From an uncultured Acidobacteriota bacterium (lineage in GTDB: Bacteria; Acidobacteriota; Terriglobia; Terriglobales; Acidobacteriaceae), in contig CAWAAB010000001.1 in NCBI GenBank assembly GCA_963779945.1, positions 1,548,744 to 1,612,743 of the forward strand: a stretch of DNA of 64,000 nucleotides, read 5' to 3'. The notes below the pieces were generated by a model. That model was not told the DNA's origin, searched no databases, and saw nothing but the letters and a program-made list of their open reading frames with translations. The translations under genes and the position numbers were made by a program. Shown here piece after piece: positions 23,975 through 33,684 of the stretch. The first letter of the stretch is position 1. The number at the start of each line of letters is the position of its first letter.

Positions 23975-24745
23975 TTACCCCACCAGTACTGCTCCGCCGT
24001 TGACGTTGAAAATCTCCCCGGTGATGAATCCGGCATGCGGCGTACAGAGAAACAGAATGGGCGCTGCGATTTCTTCGGGCTTGGCCACGCGCTCGAGAGG
24101 AATCGTGGCAAAAACCTTGGCTCGGGTCTTGGGATCGCCGAGGGCGCCGGCGGACATGTCAGTATCAACCCAGCCCGGCGCTACGCAATTCACGTAGATT
24201 CCATCGCGGGCGAGTTCCGTCGAAAGGCCCTTCACCATGCTGATCAGCGCGCCCTTGCTGGCGGCGTAATCACAGTGAAAGGCTTCGCCGCGCTGCCCAG
24301 CAGTCGAACTCACCAGCACAATGTGTCCGGATTTTCCCTGCTTCTTCATTTGCCCGACGGAGTGCTTGATCAGTTGGAAGACGCTCTCCAGATTGATGGC
24401 AATCGTGCGGCGCCATTGCGCCTCGGACATCTGGTCGACAGAAACGTCGGCGGATTCCCAGACGCCGTGATTGGCGACCACAATGTCGAGACGGCCGAAG
24501 GTCTCGACGACAGCTGCCACCAGTTTGGAGGCGTTTTCTGGCTGAGAGAGATCGGCGGCAAATGCGGCACAATTAGCTTTCCCCAGTTCCTTCACCAGTT
24601 GCAGTGCAGGCTCCTGGGCCTTCTGAAAACTGAACACTACTCTCGCTCCGGCGGCGACGAACATGCGGACCGTGGCCGCGCCGATGCCGCGGGAGCCGCC
24701 GCTGATGAGGGCGACTTTGTTGTTGAGCGATAGGGAGACTGACAT
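23975..24745 (-). CDS. SDR-family oxidoreductase (FabG-like)
   Basis: ALISGGSRGIGAA glycine motif, and YAASKGAL as the catalytic YxxxK. Confidence 0.9.
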   Translation of the reverse strand: MSVSLSLNNKVALISGGSRGIGAATVRMFVAAGARVVFSFQKAQEPALQLVKELGKANCAAFAADLSQPENASKLVAAVVETFGRLDIVVANHGVWESADVSVDQMSEAQWRRTIAINLESVFQLIKHSVGQMKKQGKSGHIVLVSSTAGQRGEAFHCDYAASKGALISMVKGLSTELARDGIYVNCVAPGWVDTDMSAGALGDPKTRAKVFATIPLERVAKPEEIAAPILFLCTPHAGFITGEIFNVNGGAVLVG

Positions 24746-24753
24746 GGAAGACG

Positions 24754-24788
24754 GTTTCGAGTTTCCAGTTTCCAGTTTCTAGTTTCTA
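24754..24788 (+). repeat. Five tandem heptamers GGTTTCG AGTTTCC AGTTTCC AGTTTCT AGTTTCT
   Basis: Read directly. It begins 9 nt upstream of the SDR gene start codon (minus strand). Confidence 0.85.
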
Positions 24789-24845
24789 GCGAAAAGTTGC
24801 AAGCCGGCCAGCGCGACAGCGGATCAGACACAAAGAGAGATCGGT

Positions 24846-24912
24846 AACCACCAAGGACACAAAGTTTCACAAAGGGTCATTTCAAGGGTCTCCTTTGTGC
24901 ACCTTTGTGGTT
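24846..24912. repeat. Family A repeat as an imperfect inverted pair (24846-24876 and 24892-24912)
   Basis: AACCACCAAGGACACAAAGTTTCACAAAGGG ... CCTTTGTGCACCTTTGTGGTT. Confidence 0.75.
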
Positions 24913-25041
24913 GAGACTGGCAAACCCGGCCTTCGCCAATCGCCGGTAGCGGGCGGCTATTCGCCGAAAAAGGCAGGACGCAGGGCTGGGTCCGGGCTAG
25001 GCTTGCGTCAGGACGGAAAGACACTAGGCAAGGAGACGGGC

Positions 25042-25299
25042 ATGGCAAAGCAAAATCAACCCGAACGCTGGGAATCAGCAATTGTTGCCGCCGCCATGGC
25101 AGTGGCAGGTACGCTATTCATGTTTGATAAACTTGGCTCCCTCGTGCGCAGCGGAATGTTTTCCTGGCAGACGACTCTGCACGCAGCTCCCACGCTCGTG
25201 GTGGTCTTGGGAGTAGGACTTTTGTTGGCGGATCAGGCGCGAGCAACCGCAGCGCCCGCGCGACCCGCCAATGGGCGATCGAAGGAAGGGCAATCATGA
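25042..25299 (+). CDS. Small two-TM membrane protein, first gene of the LiaF/LytS/LytTR cluster
   Basis: 85 aa from ATG 25042. Its stop overlaps the next start (25296). Confidence 0.5.
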   Translation: MAKQNQPERWESAIVAAAMAVAGTLFMFDKLGSLVRSGMFSWQTTLHAAPTLVVVLGVGLLLADQARATAAPARPANGRSKEGQS

Positions 25300-25970
25300 G
25301 TGACAACAAGAGCGGCATCAATCCCGCAATTCTGAATGGTACTGCCCTCATTGTTGTGGGAGCGCTGCTGCTGCTTGACCAGCTCAATATCATCAGCCTC
25401 GACTTCTGGGCGCTGATTTTCACGGTTGCGGGCCTGCTCAAGATTTTCCAATCGCAGAACGAGACCGGGCGTGGGTGGGGTTTTCTGTTGCTGGCCGCAG
25501 GCGTGGCCATCGAACTCGAACATTTGGGTTTTTTCCGGGTGCGTCTGGATAAAACCTGGCCGGTGTTCGTGATCGCCGCCGGTGTGCTTCTGCTTTTGCG
25601 CGCATACTGCGGTCAGTCGACGGAGAGTAGCGGCATTCTGTCACCGCACCTTAACGTGTTTGCCGTGCTGGGCGGAGGAGAATACCGGATTCGCGCCAAG
25701 AATTTCCGCGGTGGGGACCTGGTCGCTTTCATGGGTGGATTTGACGTCGATCTAAAGGAAGCCGACATCGAAGGCAGCGAGGCAGTGATCACCGTAAATG
25801 CATTGATGGGCGGAGGAGTCATCCGAGTGCCGGAAACTTGGGCGGTTTCCATGCGAGTCACCGCCTTCATGGGCGGGCACAGCCTCAAGGCTCGAGAAGG
25901 CGTTCAGCCCACGAAGACGCTGGTGGTGAAAGGTGTTGCCATTATGGGCGGCATCGAAGTCAGGAACTGA
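25296..25970 (+). CDS. LiaF-like (DUF2154) cell-envelope stress module protein
   Basis: N-terminal TM segments, then repeated G.....MGG/LGG beta-strand motifs (VLGGGE, FMGGFD, LMGGGV, FMGGHS, IMGGIE). Confidence 0.7.
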   Translation: MSDNKSGINPAILNGTALIVVGALLLLDQLNIISLDFWALIFTVAGLLKIFQSQNETGRGWGFLLLAAGVAIELEHLGFFRVRLDKTWPVFVIAAGVLLLLRAYCGQSTESSGILSPHLNVFAVLGGGEYRIRAKNFRGGDLVAFMGGFDVDLKEADIEGSEAVITVNALMGGGVIRVPETWAVSMRVTAFMGGHSLKAREGVQPTKTLVVKGVAIMGGIEVRN

Positions 25971-25979
25971 GTCTGGATT

Positions 25980-27053
25980 ATGCATCCACTCCTCACGCGA
26001 CCTCGCCAATTAGGGTTGTACCTGCTGGCTTGGGTGCCGCTGGCCGGAATCCTGGTGTACCTGCTTACCGGCGGCGGTGGGCTGAGCGCGGGCGAGGCCA
26101 CGGCAATCACCGTTCCACTCTGCTTGGTGTATGCGTTCGTATGTCTGGCCGCCTGGTATCCCTGCCGGGCGACCCCGCTGGAAAAATCTGGCTTCCTGAA
26201 GTTGCTGCTGACCCACCTCACAGCCGCCGCTTTACTGGGAACATACTGGACGTACCAGGCGAAAGAACTGGCGATCGCATTGGCGCACTTTTGGCCGCGT
26301 TTCGCGGGACTGGACCAGCGCCTGGCAAAGCACTATGCCCTTCTTTGGATAACCGGAGTCCTGCTCTATGTGATGTCGGTGACATTTCACTACGTGCTGC
26401 TGGCAGAACAAGCTTCGCGAGAAGCGCAAGCGCGGGCGCTCGAAGCCCGGGTTCTTGCGCGGGATGCCGAACTGAAGGCGTTGCGCGCCCAGGTGAATCC
26501 GCATTTTTTGTTCAACTGCCTGCATTCGGTCAGCGCACTGACTACTTCCGATGCCGGCAAGGCGCGCGAAATGTGCATTCTGCTAGCGGACTTCTTGCGT
26601 ACCACGCTACGCCTGGGCGGAAAAGAAACCATCACGCTGGAAGAGGAGCTGGCGCTGGTCAGGGGTTATCTGGCCATTGAGAAAGTACGTTTTGGCGCAC
26701 GGGTTCGCATGGAAGAAAACGTGGAAAAGAAAACGATGGACGTACTGATTCCTCCCCTGTTGCTGCAGCCACTGGTAGAGAACGCGATCCGGCATGGCAT
26801 TGCCAATCTGCCGGAAGGCGGGGTCATCCGGCTCAGCGCGCAGGAGAACGCCAATGTGGTTTCCATTCTGGTAGAGAACAGTTTTGATCCCGATTCGCCT
26901 GCGCCGCTGAAAACCGGCTTGGGACTGGACAACATCCGGCAGCGTCTGGATACACGCTACGGCTCGGAAGCAAGCATCTCGGTGCGGACCGAGGGCAATC
27001 GTTTTCAAGTAAGCCTGAGCCTGCCAGCGCAGCAAAACGGAGTCACGGCATGA
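25980..27053 (+). CDS. LytS/YehU-type sensor histidine kinase
   Basis: LRAQVNPHFLFNCLHSVSAL is the His_kinase (PF06580-type) motif. An HATPase region follows (NAIRHG...GLGLDNIRQRL). Confidence 0.85.
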   Translation: MHPLLTRPRQLGLYLLAWVPLAGILVYLLTGGGGLSAGEATAITVPLCLVYAFVCLAAWYPCRATPLEKSGFLKLLLTHLTAAALLGTYWTYQAKELAIALAHFWPRFAGLDQRLAKHYALLWITGVLLYVMSVTFHYVLLAEQASREAQARALEARVLARDAELKALRAQVNPHFLFNCLHSVSALTTSDAGKAREMCILLADFLRTTLRLGGKETITLEEELALVRGYLAIEKVRFGARVRMEENVEKKTMDVLIPPLLLQPLVENAIRHGIANLPEGGVIRLSAQENANVVSILVENSFDPDSPAPLKTGLGLDNIRQRLDTRYGSEASISVRTEGNRFQVSLSLPAQQNGVTA

Positions 27054-27820
27054 GTGGGGCGATGGACAAGAAGATCCGGGCGGTAATCGTCGATGACGAA
27101 GAGCTGGCGCGGCAAATGTTGCGCGAATTTCTCTCCGGTCATTCGGAGATCGAGATTGCCGCAGAGTGTGCCAATGGTTTCGAAGCGGTGAAAGCAGTCA
27201 CCGAACTGCATCCCGACTTGATCTTTCTCGATATTCAGATGCCCAAGTTGGATGGCTTCGAAGTGCTGGAGCTCATTGGTACCGACCGCGCGATCATCTT
27301 CGTAACCGCCTATGACGAATACGCCATTCGTGCGTTCGACATTCATGCAGTGGATTACCTGCTGAAACCGTTTGGCGCTGAGCGCTTTGAGGTCGCGCTG
27401 CTGCGCGCCCGAGAGCGACTGGGCGGGAAGCTGCCGGCAGCGACGGAGCTTTCCTCCAGCGCAAGGCCGCCTTCGCAACCCCTGGAGCGCATCGTGGTCA
27501 GGGACGGCACGCGCGTTTTCATCATTCCCGCCGGCAAGTTGGACTACGCCGAAGCACAGGATGACTATGTTGCCCTGGCCACCGAGGGGAAGAAACACTT
27601 GAAGCAGCAAACGATATCCAGCCTGGAGAGCGCGCTTGATCCCTCGCGCTTCCTGCGTATCCACCGTTCCTATATTGTCAATCTAGAGAAAGTGACCAAG
27701 GTCGAGCCCTACAGCAAGGACAATCACGTGGTGGTGCTGAGTAACGGGACAAAGCTTCCGGTGAGCCGGAGCGGGTATGCGCGGTTGCGGGAGTTTCTGG
27801 ACCAGACTCGCGCGCCGTAA
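27050..27820 (+). CDS. LytTR-family response regulator
   Basis: Receiver domain (VIVDDE...DLIFLDIQMP) plus a LytTR domain (FLRIHRSYIVNL). Confidence 0.9.
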   Translation: MSGAMDKKIRAVIVDDEELARQMLREFLSGHSEIEIAAECANGFEAVKAVTELHPDLIFLDIQMPKLDGFEVLELIGTDRAIIFVTAYDEYAIRAFDIHAVDYLLKPFGAERFEVALLRARERLGGKLPAATELSSSARPPSQPLERIVVRDGTRVFIIPAGKLDYAEAQDDYVALATEGKKHLKQQTISSLESALDPSRFLRIHRSYIVNLEKVTKVEPYSKDNHVVVLSNGTKLPVSRSGYARLREFLDQTRAP

Positions 27821-27822
27821 CG

Positions 27823-30800
27823 TCAATCTCCCAGGCTGGGGTGGGTGCGCTCGCTTTTCAATTCGTGGAACAGCAGACGCACCAGCATTCCGTCATAGCG
27901 GAGGCCGCTCAATCGTTCCAATTCAGCCAGCGCCTGCTCGTTGCTCTTGGCGTCGGCGAAGGAACGCTCGGTGGTCATGTTGACGTAAGCGTCGGCGATC
28001 GCGAGGATGCGTCCCCACAGCGGAATCTGTTCACCGCGCAGGCCGTCGGGATAGCCGCTTCCGTCGAAAGCCTCATGATGATGCTCGATGGCGTCGCGCA
28101 GCTTTTCGCTTCCTGGGATGGTCCCTACAATTTCGGCTCCCACGTGAGCGTGCAGTTTTACCAGGTAAAACTCATCTTCGGTCAGCGGGCCGGATTTATT
28201 CAGAATGCGGTCGGGAACAAAAATCTTTCCCACGTCATGGATGCGGGCGGCGTAGGTCAGGTCATCCACATCTTCGGGAGAGAAGCCCAGGGCGCGGGCG
28301 ATCAGTTGAGCGTAGCGCGACACCAATTCCCCGTGTCCAGTGCCGTTGAGTTCGCGTAGTTCCGCAGCACGAGCCAGGGCCTCGATGGCCTCGCGCAACA
28401 CCTGGGTGTTGAAATCTTCTTCTCCATCTTCCCGGATGCACAGTTTTTTCAGAGTGGTGAGCAGTTCATCCAGATGCTCGGGGCCGGTGTGCTCGCGCTG
28501 CAGAAAACCTTCAATGAAAGCGGAGATTTGTTGGCGTTGCAACGCGCCAGTTTCGTCGGTGGCAAACTCATCGGAGATGGAAACGCGGTCCCCGCCGTGG
28601 TGCTTGGAGACATACATGCCGGAATCGGCCACGCGAATGATGTCCTCGACTGAAAGGCCATGCACGGGAAAACTGGCCACGCCGAAGCTGCCTGTGATGT
28701 GATGCTCCTGCAACATGGGATCGGACGAGAGCCACTGTCGCAGGCGCTCGGCCAGGCTGTGGGCCTGGTCCATCCCGGTTTCGGGCATGAGGATCACAAA
28801 TTCGTCGCCGCCGTACCGGGCGACCACATTGGACTGGCGGCACTTCTGCTCCAGCAGCCGTCCGACGCGGGCCAAGACCAGGTCGCCTTCCAAGTGACCT
28901 AGGCTGTCATTTACTTCTTTGAACTTGTCGAGATCGATCAGCACCACCGAGAAGGGACGGCCGGAGCGGGACGCGCGCTTCCACTCCGATGTAAGAGCTT
29001 CCCAGAAAAACCGGCGCGTCTTAATGCCGGTCAGGCCGTCCGTAATCGACTGTTGCTGCAACTTCTGGAACACGAAAGAATTGTGCAACGCCGTGGCCAG
29101 CAAGTCGGCCAGCGTATTCATGATCAGCACATCGTCGGGCGAAAAGGCGTCTTCGTCGTGGCTCTCGATGTTAAGTATGCCGAGCAAGGTCTCGCCATAC
29201 GCGATGGGAATACACAGCACGGAGCGGGAATCGGGCAGCACGCCCTGCAAATTTTCTTCGCCGGTGGTTTGTACCAGTGCGCTCTCGCCGGTCCGGGCCA
29301 CGCGGCCCAGAATGCCCACCCCGAGCGGAATGCGCTTGCCCAGCGCTTTCGCGGTGATGCCGGCCTCGGCTTTGATCTCCACATCTTTGCGAATGTAGTC
29401 GAAAATTCCGATGCCGATGTGGTCGAAACGGAAATTCTTCTGAAGGTGGCCGACAATCTCCAGCAGCATTTGCTCGGCGTCTCCGCTGGAAATGGCCGTC
29501 TTCGAAATACTGTTGAGGAAGGCCAACTGGCGCGAACGGCGCTGTTCTTCGGCGAAAAGACGGGCGTTTTCGACTGCAACTGAGACTTGGCCGGCGGCGG
29601 TCTGCATGACCTCGAGGTCGCGCTCCTCGAAAACGTGCTCCCGCTCCGTGCTCAGGGCAGCCATGACCCCGGCTGGCTTTCCTCCAAGCATGATGGGGGC
29701 GCCACAGAAACACTTGGCTGGACGCGGAGGGATGTAGGTGACACCCAGGCGTTCACGGGCTTTTTCCAGATCGGAACGAATCAGCAGGGGCTGCCCAGTG
29801 CGCAGGATGTACTCGGTCAATCCGTTGTCGGCCCGGCGTGAGCGCTTGGCCATCATCTGGCCGTTTTCCACGTCGAATTCGAAGCGGATCTCATCGCCTT
29901 CCTCGAAGGCGACGTAGAAGTTCCCGGTATCGAAGATCTGACCAAGCTCCTTGTGGACGGTACGTAGAATTTCGTCCTGATCGAGGCGTGAGCTGATGGC
30001 CTGGCCGATCTGGGTGAGAAGTTCGTACTCCTTGGTGCGGCGCTGGGCATCGTGCATGACCACGTAGTTTTCCAGGGTCAATCCGATCTGCAGGGCCAGG
30101 CCGATCAGCAGCCGCAGGTTGGAGGACCCGAACATGTGGCGCGCCGCATCAGGGAAGAAAATAACTCCGAAATTGTGCTCGCGAGTCTGCAGGCTGACGG
30201 CGGTAATATTGCGGACATTCTCCTGCTTCATGACGTCGCGGAACTGCTCAAACTTGGCGCCGGGGAAGGCGGGAAGCGGCTCCGACATTTCTGCCACGTT
30301 GTGGAAGGTGACAAATCCGCCGCGCCGGTAGGCCATCTCGGCAATGTATTCCCCAGCCCCGCTTTTCTTCATGTTGCTAACCAGTTCGGGCGAGAACCCG
30401 CGCTGCACCGAGGGGAGAGTGGCGCGCCAGCGTTCGGAGACATAGATCAGCGCCCGCCCCGTGGGCAGCGGCGCCACCAGGCGATCCAAAATGCTTTGCA
30501 GGCTGGGCACCAGGTCCTCGGCGGACAGGAGCCGGGTTGGGTCAACCCCCAAGGTGGAGAAGGCGAGCGCGTTTTCCTGAACGGCATTGCGCTCGTTCTC
30601 AAAGAGCACCATCACCATGGCGATGCCGAGCAACATTTGTGGGATAGGTCCGAGGAAATGGCCGGCACTTCCGAAAAAGGCGACGAAAGGATCATGCAGC
30701 TCACCAAAAATCATCAACACGGCCCACAACGCCAGCGATACGGCCAGCAGCGTGAACGCCAGAGAATTCTTGCGGTGAGCGTGACGGTAGAAATAGGCGG

Positions 30801-31230
30801 AGCAATAGAGAAGCACCGCGCCGATGCCCACGTTCAAAGGCAAATGTGCGGTGGGAGAGGCTTCTGGCTGAAACACGCCGCGCACCATTTGCGTCTGCAG
30901 GGTCCACAGCGCGAGGCCGACCCCGGCCAATGCAAGGGCCGCATCATCCCAGCGCAAGTTGTACTTCTCGCGCATTAACCGGGTCGAAACATAGATGCAG
31001 ATTGCCATCGCCACCAGAAGCAGCGACCCAAGAAATGAGACCGGCGCCGAGGGGTGGATGAAAACCTGCCCCGCCTCGAGGCCATAGTAGAGGGTGTAGA
31101 ATCCCCAGGCGAACTGCCAGGCGCGGAAGTACTGCTGGCGGCTTTGCTCGTAGAGATAGGTGAAAAGCAGTACCAGCAGCAGGGCCACAACCCCGGGCAC
31201 GATCACCATACTGAGGGCAACACTATTCAT
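27823..31230 (-). CDS. Polytopic membrane sensor with GAF domains, a GGDEF diguanylate cyclase domain and an HD-GYP phosphodiesterase domain
   Basis: RYGGDEFVILM (GGDEF), HDVGKI and HHEAFDGSGYP (HD-GYP), and N-terminal multi-TM segments. 1135 aa. Confidence 0.85.
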   Translation of the reverse strand: MNSVALSMVIVPGVVALLLVLLFTYLYEQSRQQYFRAWQFAWGFYTLYYGLEAGQVFIHPSAPVSFLGSLLLVAMAICIYVSTRLMREKYNLRWDDAALALAGVGLALWTLQTQMVRGVFQPEASPTAHLPLNVGIGAVLLYCSAYFYRHAHRKNSLAFTLLAVSLALWAVLMIFGELHDPFVAFFGSAGHFLGPIPQMLLGIAMVMVLFENERNAVQENALAFSTLGVDPTRLLSAEDLVPSLQSILDRLVAPLPTGRALIYVSERWRATLPSVQRGFSPELVSNMKKSGAGEYIAEMAYRRGGFVTFHNVAEMSEPLPAFPGAKFEQFRDVMKQENVRNITAVSLQTREHNFGVIFFPDAARHMFGSSNLRLLIGLALQIGLTLENYVVMHDAQRRTKEYELLTQIGQAISSRLDQDEILRTVHKELGQIFDTGNFYVAFEEGDEIRFEFDVENGQMMAKRSRRADNGLTEYILRTGQPLLIRSDLEKARERLGVTYIPPRPAKCFCGAPIMLGGKPAGVMAALSTEREHVFEERDLEVMQTAAGQVSVAVENARLFAEEQRRSRQLAFLNSISKTAISSGDAEQMLLEIVGHLQKNFRFDHIGIGIFDYIRKDVEIKAEAGITAKALGKRIPLGVGILGRVARTGESALVQTTGEENLQGVLPDSRSVLCIPIAYGETLLGILNIESHDEDAFSPDDVLIMNTLADLLATALHNSFVFQKLQQQSITDGLTGIKTRRFFWEALTSEWKRASRSGRPFSVVLIDLDKFKEVNDSLGHLEGDLVLARVGRLLEQKCRQSNVVARYGGDEFVILMPETGMDQAHSLAERLRQWLSSDPMLQEHHITGSFGVASFPVHGLSVEDIIRVADSGMYVSKHHGGDRVSISDEFATDETGALQRQQISAFIEGFLQREHTGPEHLDELLTTLKKLCIREDGEEDFNTQVLREAIEALARAAELRELNGTGHGELVSRYAQLIARALGFSPEDVDDLTYAARIHDVGKIFVPDRILNKSGPLTEDEFYLVKLHAHVGAEIVGTIPGSEKLRDAIEHHHEAFDGSGYPDGLRGEQIPLWGRILAIADAYVNMTTERSFADAKSNEQALAELERLSGLRYDGMLVRLLFHELKSERTHPSLGD

Positions 31231-31444
31231 GAGCGGCGGAAACCTCTCCTCGCTGCTTCCCGCGACCGGAATTCGGATGCAGTGAGTGCTATGTTTTCAT
31301 ACGATCCCGGACAACACAACACTTTTGGATGACCGGCAAGAACTCGATGGTTTCTCCCCAGTAACCAGCCAGCCAGTTACCAACGATTGGGCGGCTTGAC
31401 GGTGCTTTTCGCTGGCCCGTAACATCGCAAGTGACCACCTTTAC

Positions 31445-32917
31445 ATGAGCGATACTTTCCATCCAGCAGTCTCGGGGAGCAGTCCCCGCGTGCGCTTTGC
31501 GCCCTCACCGACGGGCTTCTTGCACGTAGGCAGCGCCCGTACCTTCATCTTTAACTGGCTCTACGCCCGTCACCATGGTGGGACCATGATCCTGCGTCTC
31601 GACGACACCGATGTGGAGCGCAATACCGACGCCTCCGTAAGCTCCATTTTCGACGGTCTGAAGTGGCTAGGCTTGAGTTGGGACGAGGAATACAAGCAGT
31701 CGGAACGGGTGGAACTGCATCGCAAGATCGCCTGGGCGATCTTCGAGAAGGGCTTGGCCTATCGCGACTTTACCCCCGCGCACGCGGGCGCATCTGAGAG
31801 GTCGGGGACGCAGGCAGCGTGGCTCTTCAACCCAGGGATGCGGGAGCTTTCACGGGCTGAAAGCGACCGCCGGGCAGCTGCCGGAGAATCGTTTGCTCTA
31901 CGTTTTCGCGTGCCTCGCGACGGCGGCCAGCAGGTTTGCTTTCTCGACGCAGTGTACGGCGAGCAGGCTAAGTCAGCTGCCGACATCGAAGACTTTGCCT
32001 TGCTGCGCAGCGACGGAATGCCGACCTATCACCTGGCCTCGTGCGCCGACGACGCCGACCTGCGCATCACTCACATCATTCGCGGCCAGGACCACCTGAC
32101 CAACACGTTCAAGCATGTGATGATCTTTGAAGCCGCGGGCGTAAAGCCGCCGCAATTTGCCCACTTGCCGCTGTTGGTGGCGCCCGACGGGACCAAGCTT
32201 TCGAAACGGCGGCACGGGCCGGTGGTCAGCGTGACGACCTACCGCGATGCCGGGTTTTTGCCCGGGGCATTTATCAACTTTCTTTGTTTGCTGGGCTGGT
32301 CGCCGAAAAACGATCGCGAGCAGATGAGCCTGCCGGAGTTGACCCAGGCATTTTCGCTGGAAGGCATTAATCGGGCGAATGCGGTGGTGAATTTTACCCA
32401 GGAGGATCCGTTCGATGCCAAGGCAGTGTGGCTGAACGCCGAGCACGTGCGGGCGTTGAGCGTGGAAGACTTGAGCGCCCGTTTGCTGCCCATCGTATGC
32501 CAGGCGGGGTTCAACGTCGATTATGCCAAGATGCTGCGGGTTACACCCCTCATCCGCGAGCGAATCAAACTGCTGCGTGACGCGCTAGTGGTGGCAGACT
32601 TCTTTTTCGTGGATCAGTTGGCGCCGTACGATCCCGCTGAACTCATCCCGCAAAAGGGCGATGCGGCTATGGCGCAGAAGGTGTTGCAGCGGGCCCGCGA
32701 AGTGCTGGAGAAGACGGAGTTCAAGCACGATCCTTTGGACGCCGCGTTGCGGACTGCTGCGCAGGAGTTGGGGGTCAAGGCGGGACAGATGTTTCAGCCA
32801 ATTCGGGTCGCAGTGTGCGGGCGAAAGAATGCCCCGCCACTGTTTGAGACGCTGGAAGTGCTGGGGAAAGAGACCACGCTGGCGAGAGTCGATCAAGCCA
32901 TCAAGAAAATCCAGTAG
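31445..32917 (+). CDS. gltX: Glutamate--tRNA ligase
   Basis: [17 protein letters not shown] (HIGH-type motif) and KLSKRR (KMSKS-type motif). Confidence 0.9.
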   Translation: MSDTFHPAVSGSSPRVRFAPSPTGFLHVGSARTFIFNWLYARHHGGTMILRLDDTDVERNTDASVSSIFDGLKWLGLSWDEEYKQSERVELHRKIAWAIFEKGLAYRDFTPAHAGASERSGTQAAWLFNPGMRELSRAESDRRAAAGESFALRFRVPRDGGQQVCFLDAVYGEQAKSAADIEDFALLRSDGMPTYHLASCADDADLRITHIIRGQDHLTNTFKHVMIFEAAGVKPPQFAHLPLLVAPDGTKLSKRRHGPVVSVTTYRDAGFLPGAFINFLCLLGWSPKNDREQMSLPELTQAFSLEGINRANAVVNFTQEDPFDAKAVWLNAEHVRALSVEDLSARLLPIVCQAGFNVDYAKMLRVTPLIRERIKLLRDALVVADFFFVDQLAPYDPAELIPQKGDAAMAQKVLQRAREVLEKTEFKHDPLDAALRTAAQELGVKAGQMFQPIRVAVCGRKNAPPLFETLEVLGKETTLARVDQAIKKIQ

Positions 32918-32929
32918 ATTCGTGCATCC

Positions 32930-33559
32930 ATGAACACCTCTTACAACCGCATTGCCGGGCAGAGCGTGGAGCGTCTGGCGGCGTTGAGCGACGGGGTGTT
33001 TGCGGTGGCCATGACTCTGCTGGTGCTGGACCTCCGCATTCCGGCGACTGACGCGATCCGGACCGAGCCTGACTTGTGGCGTGCGCTGATTGCCCTGAGT
33101 CCGCACCTGGTCATGTACTTAATGAGTTTTCTGACGCTGGGGATTTTCTGGGTCGGTCAACAAACCCAACTCAACCACCTCACACGCTCCGAACGCAGTC
33201 TCACCTGGATTCACATCGCGTTCCTGTTCGCTGTTTCGTTGACTCCATTTTCGACGATGCTTCTGGGCGAGCACACCGCCTACCGCACCGCGCTTTTTGT
33301 CTATTGGGGAAACATCTTTCTGCTTGGCATGACCCTTTACTTCAGTTGGGTCTGCGCCATGGGCAGCGGCTTGGTGAAAGACGACATGCCGCTGGAAGTC
33401 GCGGTCGCAATCAAACGTCGCATTGTGGTTGGACAATCCTTGTATGCCATCGGCGCGTTGCTCTGCGTTCTCAATACGTACTGGAGCATCGCCTTCATTG
33501 TGCTGGTGCAACTCAACTATGCCATTGCGCCCCGCTTCGGCCGCCGAGGCCGTGAGTAG
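32930..33559 (+). CDS. TMEM175-family (DUF1211) potassium channel-like membrane protein
   Basis: RLAALSDGVFAVAMTLLVLDL is the signature first helix. Confidence 0.8.
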   Translation: MNTSYNRIAGQSVERLAALSDGVFAVAMTLLVLDLRIPATDAIRTEPDLWRALIALSPHLVMYLMSFLTLGIFWVGQQTQLNHLTRSERSLTWIHIAFLFAVSLTPFSTMLLGEHTAYRTALFVYWGNIFLLGMTLYFSWVCAMGSGLVKDDMPLEVAVAIKRRIVVGQSLYAIGALLCVLNTYWSIAFIVLVQLNYAIAPRFGRRGRE

Positions 33560-33684
33560 CATTCGCATCGCAACTGATTCCTGCATCCCTGCGCGTTGCT
33601 CAGCCATCTATAGCCTTGTTCCAGTTCATTCCTTCTGCGGACGCGAAAGTCTACTTCACAATTCTCTCTATCGAGGAAGAAACC

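Noticed and set aside
23333-24733. A 466-aa plus-strand ORF, along with similar long ORFs (for example 18991..21138, 30052..30978, 8500..9210 and 17160..17759).
   Set aside because: It lies antisense to genes with clear family signatures (SDR and a secreted protein) and has an Arg/Gly/His-rich junk-like composition. Long antisense ORFs of this kind are expected in high-GC DNA. Only 18991..21138 is flagged separately, because it lies in the less GC-rich island.
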